DNA of 64,000 nucleotides from Octopus vulgaris (Eukaryota). The translations under genes and the position numbers were made by a program. Under the pieces are notes generated by a model. That model ran no database searches, had not been told where the DNA came from, and saw only the letters and a program-made list of their open reading frames with translations. The stretch is taken from assembly GCA_951406725.2 (NCBI GenBank), contig OX597816.1, positions 171,430,001 to 171,494,000 on the forward strand. The letters run 5' to 3'. Shown here one piece after another: positions 39,060 through 50,990 of this stretch. The stretch's first letter is position 1; every line of letters begins with the position of its first letter.

Positions 39060-40692
39060 AATTTTGTCATTATGTGCATCTGGTGCATTTACCTCAAGGC
39101 CAGACAAAACATCCTGTCAGCGTGAGTTTAAGAGGCTGTGTTCTACAGTCCGTCCACGAGGAGCAATTCCACAACATTCAAAAGCATGCTTTACAGTTTA
39201 TTCAAAGTGGCAACAGCTTGGGTTACAAAGTTCACTATGTCTTGATAAGAAAATTTTTTGCGATATCCTTTATTTGTATACTCCCTTTTGCCATTTGAAA
39301 ACCATTTCTCCCATTCAGCATGAAGGGCTTTCTTGAAAGGACAAATAATTGATACATTTAACGGCTGCAAGTAAGATGTTTTAGGAGGAATAAGTTTGAG
39401 AATTGTATTCCTATGTTTGAACACTTCTAGGAGCTCTGTTTTCTTGTGCACTGAGCAGCCATCCATGAATAGCACTGAATTTTGAGCATGGAACTGTTGT
39501 GCTGTTCTCTGCCCAAACACTTTGTCAGCCCACAGCTGCACGAGTTCATATGTGATTGATCCTCTGTTGGAGACTGTTAAGTAAATATTCTTTGGGACCT
39601 TAATTTCAGGCACAGCAGTAAAATGAGCTTTGGTAGCACCACAGTGGCTAGCATCTACATTTTTGTTGCCAACATGGTTGTTGAACTCAACATGTCAACG
39701 TATACAGGTGTTTCATCCATATTATAAATGTGGTTAGTATCCTTATCTGCTGTTAATACTGGAATGCTATCTAGATATTCACTGGCGATTTGTGGCTTTT
39801 CTCCAAGTGTTTTATTGTCTGCTTGACCAAAATGTGTAATCTTTCTCACAGTCAGGTTATTCCGGTTCATGAAATTGAAAATCCATTTATCAGAACATCT
39901 AAAGCTTTTCATTTCAATTCCAAACCTTTTTACCAATTCAAAAGTATATTCCCGTAAACGGCGATAATTTACAATTATACTGTTTGCACGCTGAACAACA
40001 ATCCACTGCAAGAGTTCAATCTCCAGATCACTAAGTGCTGGTCCTCTACCTCCACCAGTTAATCTGAGCCTCCTCTTGTCTGACATATGGATTAACTCAG
40101 TTTCTTTTGTGCACCATTCTCTCAATCGTTTTCTATCAATACCTGTCTCTTGACGCAGCAGATAAATAGCCAGAATGTTCTTTCACTTGTTTAATAGCAC
40201 TCAATTTTTTACTAATGGTATACGATCGTTGAAAGGCGGTGAGCTGGCAGACACGTTAGCACACTGGGCGAAATGCTTAGTGGTATTTCGTCTGCCGGTA
40301 CGTTCTGAGTTCAAATTCCGCCAAGGTCGACTTTGCCTTTCATCCTTTCGGGGTCGATAAATTAAGTACCAGTTACGCACTAGGGTCGATATAACCAACT
40401 TAATCCGTTTGTCTGTCCTTGTTTGTCCTCTGTGTTTAGCCCCTTGTAGGGTAGTAAAGAAATAGGTATTTCGTCTGCCGCTACGTTCTGAGTTTAAATT
40501 CCGCCGAGGTCGACTTTGCCTTTCATCCTTTCGGGGTCGATAAATTAAGTACCAGTTACGCACTGGGGTCGGTGTAATCTGCTTAATCCGTTTGTCTGTC
40601 CTCTCTGTGTTTAGCCCCTTGTGGGTAGTAAAGAAATAGGTATATTGGTCGTTGAATACGTTTTGATATATATTTTTCTTTTTCCTCTCCAT
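39060..40692 (-). pseudogene. pogo/Tigger-type transposase pseudogene (HTH + CENP-B-like HTH + DDE_1)
   Basis: LREW...LEIELLQWI...FRCSDKWIFNFMNRNNLTVRKIT, YNMDETPV, LFMDGCSVH, LQPLNVSI (third Asp to Asn), KACFECCGI. Has frameshifts, an internal deletion and a SINE insertion. Confidence 0.9.
40233..40638 (+). mobile_element. Head-to-tail Meta-domain SINE dimer in transposase 5' region
   Basis: Full unit followed by a 5'-truncated unit. Degenerate TSD GGTATACGATCGTTGAA / GGTATATTGGTCGTTGAA. Confidence 0.88.
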
Positions 40693-41573
40693 TATTGGGA
40701 ATAAAATTCTTTTGAATTTATCTACAGACGTGGAGCAAATAAACTTCTAAACAGAATGCAAACAAGAACACTAACTCTGTTTCAACTTTTAACCTCAAAT
40801 AAGCGCCCGTGGGCGATCTAATGGATGGGCGGATTTTTGGAAAACCCCGGTACATATGACTATGTGTGTATGTCTTTCTGTCTGTCTGTGTTCCCTACCA
40901 TTCCTTTACAAATGGTACTGGTTTGTTTACGTCTCCGTAACTTCTCTGTTCGGCAATAGAGACCGATAGAGTAAGTACCAGGCTTAAATACAACGTCAGC
41001 ATTGATGTCGATTAATTCGACTAAAAAAAACTCTTCAAAGCGGTGCCCCAGCATGGCCGCAGTCTAATGACTGAAGCGAGTAAAAGGTAAAAGATGTATT
41101 CAGGTAGAACTAGTAAAGAACAATTTTAAAGACACAATCTAGCAAGAGTTTTCTCCCCTTAATAGTAATCTGTGTCTCCAGAGTTTTAATAGAATGCGGC
41201 AAAAGGAATAACTTGTGATTTCTTGTTATTTTCTCCCTTGATCTGGCAGAGTTTCTACAGCTGGATGCTTTTACGTGCCACTGGCACGGGGGCCAGTCAG
41301 GCAGTACTGGCAAACCATGATATTACAAGTATTATATCATCATTATCTAAGGAATAAGAATTGGTCAGCATAGCTGTAGTTGAAGTTGAAAGAGTTTGAA
41401 ACGGTCAGATGATACCTTTTTTTTTTTTTTAAAGAAATTTTTCCTCCAGCCGATTATAACTGAGTTTGCTAATAAAATATCTGAATAATTTTTGGTGTTT
41501 AACGATCAATATTATTTTCACTGATGGATACAAAGTCGATTTTTGCCCACACTGTCTAATTTGATAATTTTTC

Positions 41574-41812
41574 AATTTTCTGGCATGTGTAAAAAGATTC
41601 GAGCGAGGTCATTGCCAGTACCGCCTGACTGGCCCCCGTGCCAGTGGCATATAAAAGCACCCACTACACTCTCGGCGTAGTTGACGTTAGGAAGGGCATC
41701 CAGCTGTAGAAACTCTGCCAGATCAAGATTGAAGCCTGGTGCAGCCAACTGGTTCGTCAAATCGTCCAACCCATGCTAGCATGGAAAGCAGACGTTAAAC
41801 GATGATGATGAT
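41574..41812 (+). mobile_element. RTE-tailed short retroelement (family B)
   Basis: One repeat unit plus CCATGCTAGCATGG and (GAT)n tail. Confidence 0.85.
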
Positions 41813-42190
41813 GTCTAAACTGGGACAAAATAAGTAATGACAAATTTCAATAATTTCTTCTCTTTAACTGCATGATGTATAAATATCATGAAGAGAGCCA
41901 TGCCAGCAGATTGTGAGGAAGCTATAGAGAATATTTTATGTTGAGTTTTTAAGATTTAATTAAGTTTTGTTAATTTCATATCATGTGCCATTTTTCTTGG
42001 ATCCTCTTTCAATTTGACCAAGATATTTCTGATCTTTCTTATGTCTAAGGATGGATATTGATGTGTGAGTCTTTTCTCAAATGTAATTCTGAAGAACTGA
42101 AGAAGCAAATTTACCTTATCTTGTCTTACTCGTTTTGCCCCAGATTAATTTGTCTTTTATATGCTCAAAGAGAAGGGAGATAATTTTCTG

Positions 42191-42228
42191 AAATAGTGTT
42201 CAGATTGTTAGTAATCTGAACACTATTT
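42191..42228. repeat. Perfect 16-bp inverted repeat (hairpin)
   Basis: AAATAGTGTTCAGATT-GTTAGT-AATCTGAACACTATTT. Confidence 0.95.
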
Positions 42229-42229
42229 A

Positions 42230-42353
42230 GTAGGGAACAAACCCAGACAGAAAGACATACACACAGTCATATATACCGGGGTTTTCCGAAAATCCGCCCA
42301 TCCATTAGATCGCCCATGGGCGTTTATTTGGATGGGCAGTTATTTGAGGTTAA
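42230..42353 (-). repeat. Inverted copy of pogo right end plus its host flank (donor ~40789-40898)
   Basis: GTAGGGAACA...CAGAAAGACATACACAC..GTCATAT.TACCGGGGTTTTCC.AAAATCCGCCCATCCATTAGATCGCCC is the reverse complement of the donor across the TIR/flank junction. Confidence 0.9.
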
Positions 42354-42483
42354 TCTTGTAATTTGCTTAGCTGATATAGTTTTTATAAGGTAGTGAATAT
42401 TTGTAAAAAGGAATTTTTTTTTTTTTCTCAGTCAAAAATGCAATAAATCTTATTCATTATGCTCCACCCACCACCTTATTTAA

Positions 42484-42704
42484 CCCTTTAGTGCTCGCAT
42501 TATTCTGCCAAAATTAATCCTTTTTTATCCACATTGCCTTGAACTAATCATGCATTATCTTGTAGCTTTGAGATTTTGATGAGGTAGCTGTTAATTTTTA
42601 AAACGATATTGTAGGGCTGGTGAGAGAGACCAGATCTGGCCAGTTTGAACATAAAACAGGCAGAATACTTTTGGCTGGATATGGCCGGTTTGAATGCTAA
42701 AGGG
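42484..42704. mobile_element. piggyBac-type MITE
   Basis: TTAA|CCCTTTAG...CTAAAGGG|TTAA. Confidence 0.9.
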
Positions 42705-42906
42705 TTAAATTAGTATATTCATTTTTGTAACTACAAAATCTTTCAATCTCTTGTGCAGAAGCCAACTTCAATACCAACTCTTGGTGAGGTTTTACACTAT
42801 TAATACCAACAAAGACAGTTGTATTGCAATGGCTCTTGTTTACTTTTTTTTTGAGCTTGCCAATTCCAAAATAATGAAGTGAAAAACTATCCTTGCACAG
42901 TATTAA

Positions 42907-43126
42907 CCCTTTAGTGTTCAGATTATTCTGTCAAATGTGATGTTTGTTTATTTATATCGTTTTGAATTAATCATGCATTATCTTGTAGTTTAGAGATTTC
43001 AGTGATGTGATTTTTTAGTTTTAGAACGACATGGTAGGGCTGAGGTGAGAGGCGAGATCTGGTCAGTTTCAATATAAAACAGGTTAAATATTTTGGCCGG
43101 ATATGGCCAATTTGAATGCTAAAGGG
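42907..43126. mobile_element. piggyBac-type MITE
   Basis: TTAA|CCCTTTAG...CTAAAGGG|TTAA. Confidence 0.9.
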
Positions 43127-43365
43127 TTAAGAAAAAATGGTTGTCTATATATTGTTTGGTTCAATAATTCCAACTAATTATTCTAATTTGGGAAAGTACA
43201 CCACATAAAATGACAGAAGACATACAACTTAGCGTAAAAGTTTGTAAACTATGCTAATTTTGACTGTCTTTCAAGTTCATAATCCTTATTATTAACACAC
43301 CACGTTGCACAACCACAAGAGGAGATAATCCTCTGCATTCCAATTTTTAATATTTCATTTTATAT

Positions 43366-43732
43366 TTTTCTGTCATTAGACTGCAGCCATGCTGGGGTCC
43401 CATTTTGAAGAATTTTTAGTCGAATGAATCGACCCCAGTACTCCCTGCCAAAAAAAAAAAGCCTGCTAATTATTCTATCAGTCTTTTTTTTTTTTTGTCA
43501 AACCACTAAGTTACAGGGATGTAAAAAAAGCAACACCAGTTGTCGAGTGTTGGAGGGGGACAGACACAAAGACACACCAACACAGACATATATATTTATT
43601 ACACACAATATCTACACACACACACACACACAACAGGTTTCTTTCAGTTTCTGTCAACCAAATCCATTCACAAGGTGCCATTGAACCCAGAACTATGTGA
43701 TTGGGAAGCAACCTTCTTACCACACAGCCACA
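43366..43732 (-). mobile_element. SINE family A, old and diverged
   Basis: Reverse complement of the family A tail, body and head with many substitutions. Confidence 0.7.
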
Positions 43733-44102
43733 TCTGTATCTGTGGAAATAACATAATAAAGGTTTATTTCATTATTGCAGGGGGGACTGTAATTAAATAC
43801 ACGTAACATGCAGCCCCAAAGATTAAAATCTTTTTTTTTTTTTTTTTGAGTGAAAAAATTCAAATTATAGATGATTTATTAAATAGGTGTTTAGAAAGAT
43901 AATACCATCTGTGTAACAAGAATGCCTAATTCTTGTAATCAAATAAAACCAACTACGCATTTCCATAAACCAACAATTAGAAACAATAACATAAGAATTA
44001 TACTTGTCTATACAAAGCTAAGATTAGGGTAAAGCTGCAGATCAAGATAAGCTTCTACAATTAATTTGCACTAAATTAAGTGTAAATTATTTGGTCTCCT
44101 AC

Positions 44103-44155
44103 AATAATAATAATAATTATTATTATTATTATTATTATTATTATCCTTATTATTA

Positions 44156-44196
<41 letters not shown>
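44103..44196. repeat. (AAT)n/(TAT)n microsatellite
   Basis: Direct reading; produces the poly-Asn pseudo-ORF at 44071-44256. Confidence 0.95.
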
Positions 44197-44224
44197 GGCC
44201 TTGTGCCAAAATTTGAAAGCGTTA

Positions 44225-45050
44225 TTATTATTGGCAGAAACATTGCTTAGAGGCATTTCAGGCAGCTTTAAATTTCACCCGGGTTGACTTTGCCTTTCAT
44301 CCTTTCAGAGTCAAGAAATAAGAACCAGTTGAACACTGGGGTTGATGTAATCGACTATCCCCACCGTCCCCCTGATTTTCAGGCCTTTGTCCCCTATAAT
44401 AGAGAAAAAAATATCATTCAGGTGGCAAGCTTGCAGATTTGTTAGCACGCTGGACAAATTACTGAGCAGCATTTCGTTCTGACTTCAAATTCCATCAAGA
44501 TTGAGTTCACCTTTTGGGGTTGATAAAGCAAGTTAAGCAACCTCCCACAAAATTCCAATAATTTCTGGAAAGCAAGTATTTTGTGCTTTTATCTTTCACT
44601 TGTTTCCTCTTTATTAATGCTTAGAATTTATTTTTGATAATCTAGTTAGATCAGGCAGTATAGAAATTCTATTAACTACTTCTTAGGTGAAGGTGACACA
44701 GAGGTAAGAGAGCATGGATTAATAGTTTTCAATAGCATTGAGCCTAAAAATATTGTGGTTTTAATTTCATAGGTCATCTTAAACTTCAAAAGGTAGAGTA
44801 CATTGCTTTATAATTTTTTTTTCTATTGTAATTTAAGGTAACAAGCTGGTAGAAACATCAACACCTTGGACAAAATTCTTAGCAGCTTTTCTTCAGGCTC
44901 TCAACAATCTAAGTTCAAATTCCACCAAAGCTGACTCTGCCTTTCGTCCTTTTGGGACCAATAAAGTAAGTACCAGATGAGCACTAGGGTTGATGTAATC
45001 AACTAAACTTCTCCTCTAAAATTGCTGGCATTGCCTCAAAATTTGAAACC
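44225..45050 (+). mobile_element. Cluster of diverged Meta-domain SINEs
   Basis: Three degenerate heads/cores near 44230, 44420 and 44840 (GACTTTGCCTTTCATCCTTT..., AAGTACCAG). Confidence 0.65.
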
Positions 45051-45139
45051 ATTATTTCTCTAATAATTCATTTTATATCCATTTTCTTTTTGTTCATGTT
45101 TACATAGGCTGAATGGGTCATCTCCAGCATAGTTCGTCA

Positions 45140-45960
45140 CAATTTGTTGCAATCCTTTGTCATCTTCATAAACCCTAGCTTCACAAGATTAGCTTTCACC
45201 ACTTCCACAGCTCCTTTCCATTTGAATCACTCAACATTTCTTAGCCAGCTATCCTCCCTATGCATCATGCCCATACCATTCTTAAATCTTTCTTTTCGCA
45301 CACTACAGTTGATTCCTCTTTTACCCAATTTTTCTCTCAGCACCTTGGTGCTCCACCATTCACACACACTAACATCACACATTCAACAAACCATGCTCTT
45401 CTCATTTCACATACCCTCATGTTCTGATATCTATTTCTTAACTACCCACAAGGGGCTAAACATAGAGAGGACAAACAAGGAGAGACAAACGGATTAAGTC
45501 AATTATATCGACCCCAGTACGTAACTGGTACTTAATTTATCAACCCCGAATGGATGAAAAGCAAAGTCGACCTCGGCGGAATTTGAACTCAAAACGTAAC
45601 GGCAGATGAAATACTGCTAAGCATTTCGCCCGGCGTGCTAACGTTTCTGCCAGCTCACCGCCTTAACATGTTCTGATACCATCTATCACATTTATACATC
45701 ATGCAAACTGCCCTTCACATGGAAAGAGAAACCCAAAGGAAATAGCTCCCTGAACTATTCTTAATTTGGCTTCAAGCCTTCAGAACACCCATCCTCACTA
45801 TTAATTAGGTCACCATGGTAACAGAAGCTATCAATTACTCAAAAGAGACCCTACTCTGATTGCTAGCTACTGTACATTGGCTACATATGATGCAAAGGCT
45901 TTCTTCTTTGTATGGAGCAGACATGCAGGAGTACTCCAAAACAAAAATATCTTCATAGTC
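45140..45960 (-). mobile_element. Decayed RTE LINE fragment interrupted by SINE
   Basis: Homologous to 59800-60430 (CATGCCCATACCA, CTGCCCTTCAC, AAGCTATCAA blocks). Confidence 0.6.
45430..45666 (-). mobile_element. Meta-domain SINE
   Basis: TSD CATGTTCTGATA at 45418-45429 and 45667-45678. Confidence 0.92.
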
Positions 45961-46525
45961 ATTTATAAGCATGGAACAAACTCCCGGCATCAGTTGTTAG
46001 TTGTCGGAGCACTGCATCCTTCAAAACTTCCATGCTTTCTGAGATTCGCCAACACTACACCTGATTTTCTCACCTCCATACACACACAAGCATGTATCTG
46101 ACAAGTTGTGGTGCACCTGAGCACTGTATACAATAATTTCATTATTATAATTTGATAATATCATTATTCTGACCCTTTTCATGTAGCTAAGATTTCCTCA
46201 TGAGTGCTAGATTTCCTCTTCAGCAAATCTAGAAAAATATTTCAGTTCTGAATAACAACTGAGTCTGTCATCAAGCCATACTATTAACAGTACACATTTA
46301 TGAATGTGTGACAATGCAACATAAAAGATTGCATACAGACAGTCTAGAATGCATTCATATCGCGTCTGACATGAAACACAATCATATTCATCAATATTTC
46401 AAATAATGTCTCATGGTTGAGCACTCATCTCATTTCATCCTAATTCGGAAAACAAAGAACATCAAAATAATGTAAGTTCTCCCAGATTTTAAATAAATAA
46501 AAAAACTGTTGGATGCACCATATAT

Positions 46526-46927
46526 TCATCATCATCATCGTTTAACGTCCGCTTTCCATGCTAGCATGGGTTGGACGGTTTAACTGGGGTCTGGGAAGCC
46601 CGAAGGCTGTACCAGGCCAGTCAGATCTGGCGGTACTTCTACAGCTGGATGCCCTTCCTAATGCCAACCACTCCGTGAGTGTAGTGGGTGCTTTTTATGT
46701 GCCACTGACACAGGTGCCAGACGAGGCTGGCGAACGGCCATGCTCGGATGGTGTTTTTTACATGCCACCGGCACGGAGGCCAGGCAGGGCTGGCATGGCC
46801 ACGATCGGATGGTGTTTGTTACGTGCCACCAGCACGGAGGCCAGTTGATGCGGTGCTGGCTACGGCCACGTTCGGAAGGTTCTCTTATGTGCCACTGGCA
46901 CTGGTACCACAAACTACAAATTCCAAT
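46526..46927 (-). mobile_element. RTE-tailed short retroelement (family B)
   Basis: (CAT)n on plus strand, palindrome, three ~62-bp units. Confidence 0.88.
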
Positions 46928-46975
46928 AGATATGTATGTTTGTGTGTATATAGATAAACATACATATATATATAA

Positions 46976-47036
<61 letters not shown>

Positions 47037-47039
47037 ACT

Positions 47040-47318
47040 CTCTCTTCAAAGACGACATATGAGGGTTCAGCTTTTGCAAAGTGATTTGTTTACAATGATC
47101 AAATGTACCTGCTGTACATTAGCTCACTCCCTCTATCAAATCGACATTACCTGAACAGATGCACAGTGTATCATACCTCAGGTGTCAAAGTGATCGCAGA
47201 GCAACATGAGATGAAGTGTTTTGCTCAGGAACACAATGCACCACCTAGTCTAGGAATTGAAACCACGATCTCGCAGTCATGAGTGCAACACCCTGACCAC
47301 TTGGCCGTGCATCCTCAC
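47040..47318 (-). mobile_element. tRNA-derived SINE (additional family)
   Basis: Minus strand head CGGCCAAGTGGTCAGGGTG...GGTTTCAATTCC...CCTGAGCAAAACACTT, with a 3' body different from families A and C. Confidence 0.65.
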
Positions 47319-47459
47319 ATACATATATAATCAGGTCACTCATTATCTCTCCGATCACTCACTACTGACATGCATTGCACACATACCACCAATCAGTTGA
47401 CATATGTCCATCACTCACTCACTCTCATTGCAATCTGCCATTATTGTTTCTTTCATTAA

Positions 47460-47680
47460 CCCTTTAGTGTTCGCATTATTCTGCCAAAACTAATGCTTTT
47501 TTGTCCTCATTGTTTTGAACTAATCAGGCATTATCTTGAGGCTATGAGATTTTGATGAGGTAGCTGTTAATTTTTAAAATGATATTGTAGGGTTGGTGTG
47601 AGAGACCAGATCTGGCCAGTTTGAACATAAAACAGGCAGGATACTTTTGGCCAGATATGGCCGGTTTAAATGCTAAAGGG
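47460..47680. mobile_element. piggyBac-type MITE
   Basis: TTAA|CCCTTTAG...CTAAAGGG|TTAA. Confidence 0.9.
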
Positions 47681-48242
47681 TTAAACCTTTTAGCACTGTC
47701 CCCCTCTTTCTTCCCTCTTCCACACTGCCAATCTAATCCCCTAGTTTTCCCTTCCATGCTTTCTCTTTTCCACTCGCTTTCTTTTATCTTAATTCCTCCT
47801 CTGCAATTGCACAATTCCCACTCAATTAGTCACATTACCTCCTAAGAACATTGACAACAAAGAGCAATGAGGACCCCTTTGTCATGTTTGATACAAGACA
47901 ACTTCACTCATGCTTGTGTTGCAATAAAATATACCCAGTACTCTCTTTACCAAGTGATTGGTAAACAAGTAGAGATAACAAGGGCTGAGTACCCTTTGTC
48001 TCTTCTTCAGTATATAACAACCTTTTAAGTGCTGATACTATGAAGTGGTTGCTGTTAAGAAGTTATAAGTGAAACATCACCCCCTGGAATTGGCAATAAG
48101 GACAATAACTCAGAATTAGAACTGCTTTGAACAATGATGAGCCATCCAACCCATGTCAGCATAGAAAGTAGATGTAAAACTATGATGATATTGTGATGAA
48201 ATGGTGGTAGTTCTGAATAAGTTTTGCCTTATGCTGAGTTTA

Positions 48243-48410
48243 AGGCGCAGGAGTGGCTGTGTGGTAAGTAGCTTGCTAACCAACCACATGGTTCCGGGTT
48301 CAGTCCCACTGTGTGGCATCTTGGGCAAGTGTCTTCTGCTATAGCCCCGGGCCGACCAAAGCCTTGTGAGTGGATTTGGTAGACAGAAACTGAAAGAAGC
48401 CCGTCATATC

Positions 48411-48452
<42 letters not shown>

Positions 48453-48501
48453 TGTGTGTCTGTGTTTGTCCCCCCAACATTGCTGGTGTGCTTGCGTCCC
48501 C
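48243..48501 (+). mobile_element. SINE family A, 3'-truncated and fused to a Helitron fragment
   Basis: Head and body intact until GTCCCC, then Helitron internal sequence at 48502-48537. Confidence 0.85.
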
Positions 48502-49661
48502 GTTTTTGGTTAAACTGCACCGCAAAATGTGGGAGTATATATATATATGAGACACATGGGACAGAGTCACTGATGTGTGACGATAAAATAATAGGTGAAG
48601 ATCGAACAAATATTAGTGTTTAATTTGCAAAAAAAATTACTATCTCCAAGTATAACAATATATTTATTTATTTCTAGTAATGCTCGTGTCACGATCAATG
48701 CATTCAGTGCGCACTGTAAGGTTGTTGGTGTTGGAAGGGGCATCCAATCGTAAAAAAGCATACCAAAAATGTAACATGAGAAATGGTCCCCTAACTAGTC
48801 AAGGAAGACAGTAACTCTGAATAAGAACTTGAGCCGAGAAAATACATGTAACCTTTGCCAGCATGGAAAACCAGTGTTAAATAATTGTGAAGATTTACTA
48901 TCTTGCCTTATGCTTAATTTCTGTAAATTGCGAGAAAATGTATTTTTTAGAAGTGGGGGGAAAAAGGTGAATTATTTAAAAAGACACTTATGTTGATAAG
49001 AAAGAGTTCTTCCCCTTGGTCTACTTCGCTGTATTTGTGCTGAAAAAAGCAAGCGACCGAGCGAATGGTGGTACCACATTCTACCAACACTGAGAGAACG
49101 GAGATTTCCCATATACCGCCGATACATGATTCTTGAGACATACGGGTGCCAAAGAATAAATAGTAATTATCAATACAAAGAAATATAGAATCTCATAAAT
49201 TAACATAGCAGCGACCCAAGTTTCGGTAATAAATCTTTTCTTATTTTGCCAAAAAGCCAGCAATTTTGAGGGAGGGGGGGAGAGAAGTCGGTTACATCGA
49301 CCCCTACAGGTTTAAAAGTAGAGTCGACCCCTGAAAAATTTGAACTCAGAACATAAACAAGGGTGAAATAGCGCTAAGAATTTTGTCATGCATACTCATG
49401 ATTCTGCCAGCATGTTTCAAATTATAGCACAAGGCCAGCAATTATAAGGGAGTGATAAATTAATTACATTGATACCCAACCCCTCGAATGGTATTCATTT
49501 TATCAACCTTGAAATGATGAAAAAAGCAAATAATTTAAAAGTACCTGTCAACAATAATTTCTTTTGTGTAGTTGCAAGGAACTATTTACAGTGTTTTTCA
49601 GAAAGTTAGCTTATTAATTATTACAAAAAGACATAACTTATAACTTGAAATATTGAGAGAT

Positions 49662-49816
49662 AGGCGCAGGAGTGGCTGTGTAGTAAGTAGCTTGTTTACC
49701 AACCACATGGTTCCGGGTTCAGTCCCACTGCGTGGCATCTTGGGCAAGTGTCTTCTGCTATAGCTCCGGGCCGACCAATGCCTTGTGAGTGGATTTGGTA
49801 GACGGAAAGAAGCCTG

Positions 49817-49888
<72 letters not shown>

Positions 49889-50093
49889 ATGTGTGTGTAT
49901 GTGTTTGTGTGTCTGTGTTTGTCCCCCTAGCATTGCTTGACAACCGATGCTGGTGTATTTATGTCCCCGTCACTTAGCGGTTCAGCAAAAGAGACTGATA
50001 GAATAAGTACTAGGCTTACAAATAATAAGTCCTGGGATCGATTTGCTCGCAGTCAAATGAGTAAAAGAGTAAAGTAAAAGAGTAAAGAGAGAG
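49662..50093 (+). mobile_element. SINE family A with small deletions
   Basis: Full head, long (TA)n, AGTAAAAG tail. Confidence 0.92.
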
Positions 50094-50746
50094 TGTAAAG
50101 TTAGTTCTCTACCGTCTTTAAATCTATGAACGTTGCAACATCTGTAGCCTAAATAACAAAGCAATTGGTGATTCACAATATGAAGCCACTGTTGCTTGTC
50201 TTTCTCTACATAAAACAATAATGTCCAGCATATGGTGGTTCTTGTATTGGGTGTGCTTCCACACCCAGTGCCACCAAATTTCAAGCAGGAGTATAACAAA
50301 AGTTTTCCATTAAGATTTGTGATTAAATTAATGAGTAAGGTTGATATTTATGAATTTTCCATTTTCAATGCGTGTGCAGCACACACCTAGCACATCCGGA
50401 ATATACACCCCTGATGTTCTGCTCCATATATCTTCCACCAGTTTATAACTACCCCAGTAGTAGATAGCTGGAGACACAAAGGATTTAAAAGTGAAACCAT
50501 TGACAAAATATATTGGTGGGAGTGGTGGAGAAGAAGAAGAAGCTATAATAAGCACTTTAATAATCTAACAACTCTTACACAAATTATTGAAATTATGTAG
50601 TTGCAAAAGTTTGAGAAGTTCTTTATTTGCTAGAGTATATTCTTCAAACACCTACAAATACTGCAGTTGATCGCTCTCTCTCTGTAATGAAGATAGTTCC
50701 GCCAACCTCCCTGAATAGGGAGGAGCGATCCTGTTTTCTCTCGGTA

Positions 50747-50760
50747 GTTGCTATGGCAAA
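50747..50760 (+). promoter_or_regulatory. RFX X-box
   Basis: GTTGCTATGGCAAA versus palindromic consensus GTTGCCATGGCAAC, in a CpG-retaining unique segment ~150 bp upstream of a candidate ATG. Confidence 0.6.
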
Positions 50761-50907
50761 AGAAGTAGTGTGGAAGACGAGAGTAAAAGGAATTGCAACA
50801 GGCATGTTTATCTCCAGTCTCAAGCTAATCGACTTTTTCGTTTTCCACATGAAACGGAAAATAAGGCTGGAGAAGAAATGCCTGTCGCAAAGTGTGTTTC
50901 GTAAAAG

Positions 50908-50990
50908 ATGGAAATCTATAGCAAGTATGCTGCGAGTGAAAGAACCTGTTTAATCGGGAATGTAGAAAAGGAGAAAGCAAAGTCTTTAGT
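50908..50990 (+). CDS. Candidate first coding exon of an unidentified gene (MEIYSKYAASERTCLIGNVEKEKAKSL..)
   Basis: AAGATGG strong start context, 27 codons + 2 nt, then a GTGAGT donor and T-rich intron-like sequence. No homology recognised; could be a 5'UTR exon. Confidence 0.4.

Larger units (their letters stand above)
38593..40850 (-). mobile_element. pogo-superfamily DNA transposon (inactive)
   Basis: TIRs CCRGGGTTTTCYRAAAATCYRCCCA at both ends, each flanked by TA; encloses a transposase remnant. Confidence 0.9.
38409..41094 (+). mobile_element. Diverged SINE family A split by pogo-type transposon
   Basis: 5' half at 38409-38590 and 3' half at 40853-41094 flank the transposon, which sits in the SINE's TA microsatellite. 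Confidence 0.8.

Noticed and set aside
1502-49977. Recurrent MSSNARGT.../DTCPRCHAVG ORFs as a gene family
   Set aside because: All are antisense translations of SINE family A, including its microsatellite.
50627-50953. 108-aa plus-strand ORF over the promoter
   Set aside because: Non-ATG start, runs through the X-box, and has no recognisable domain; the 50908 ATG/donor model fits better.
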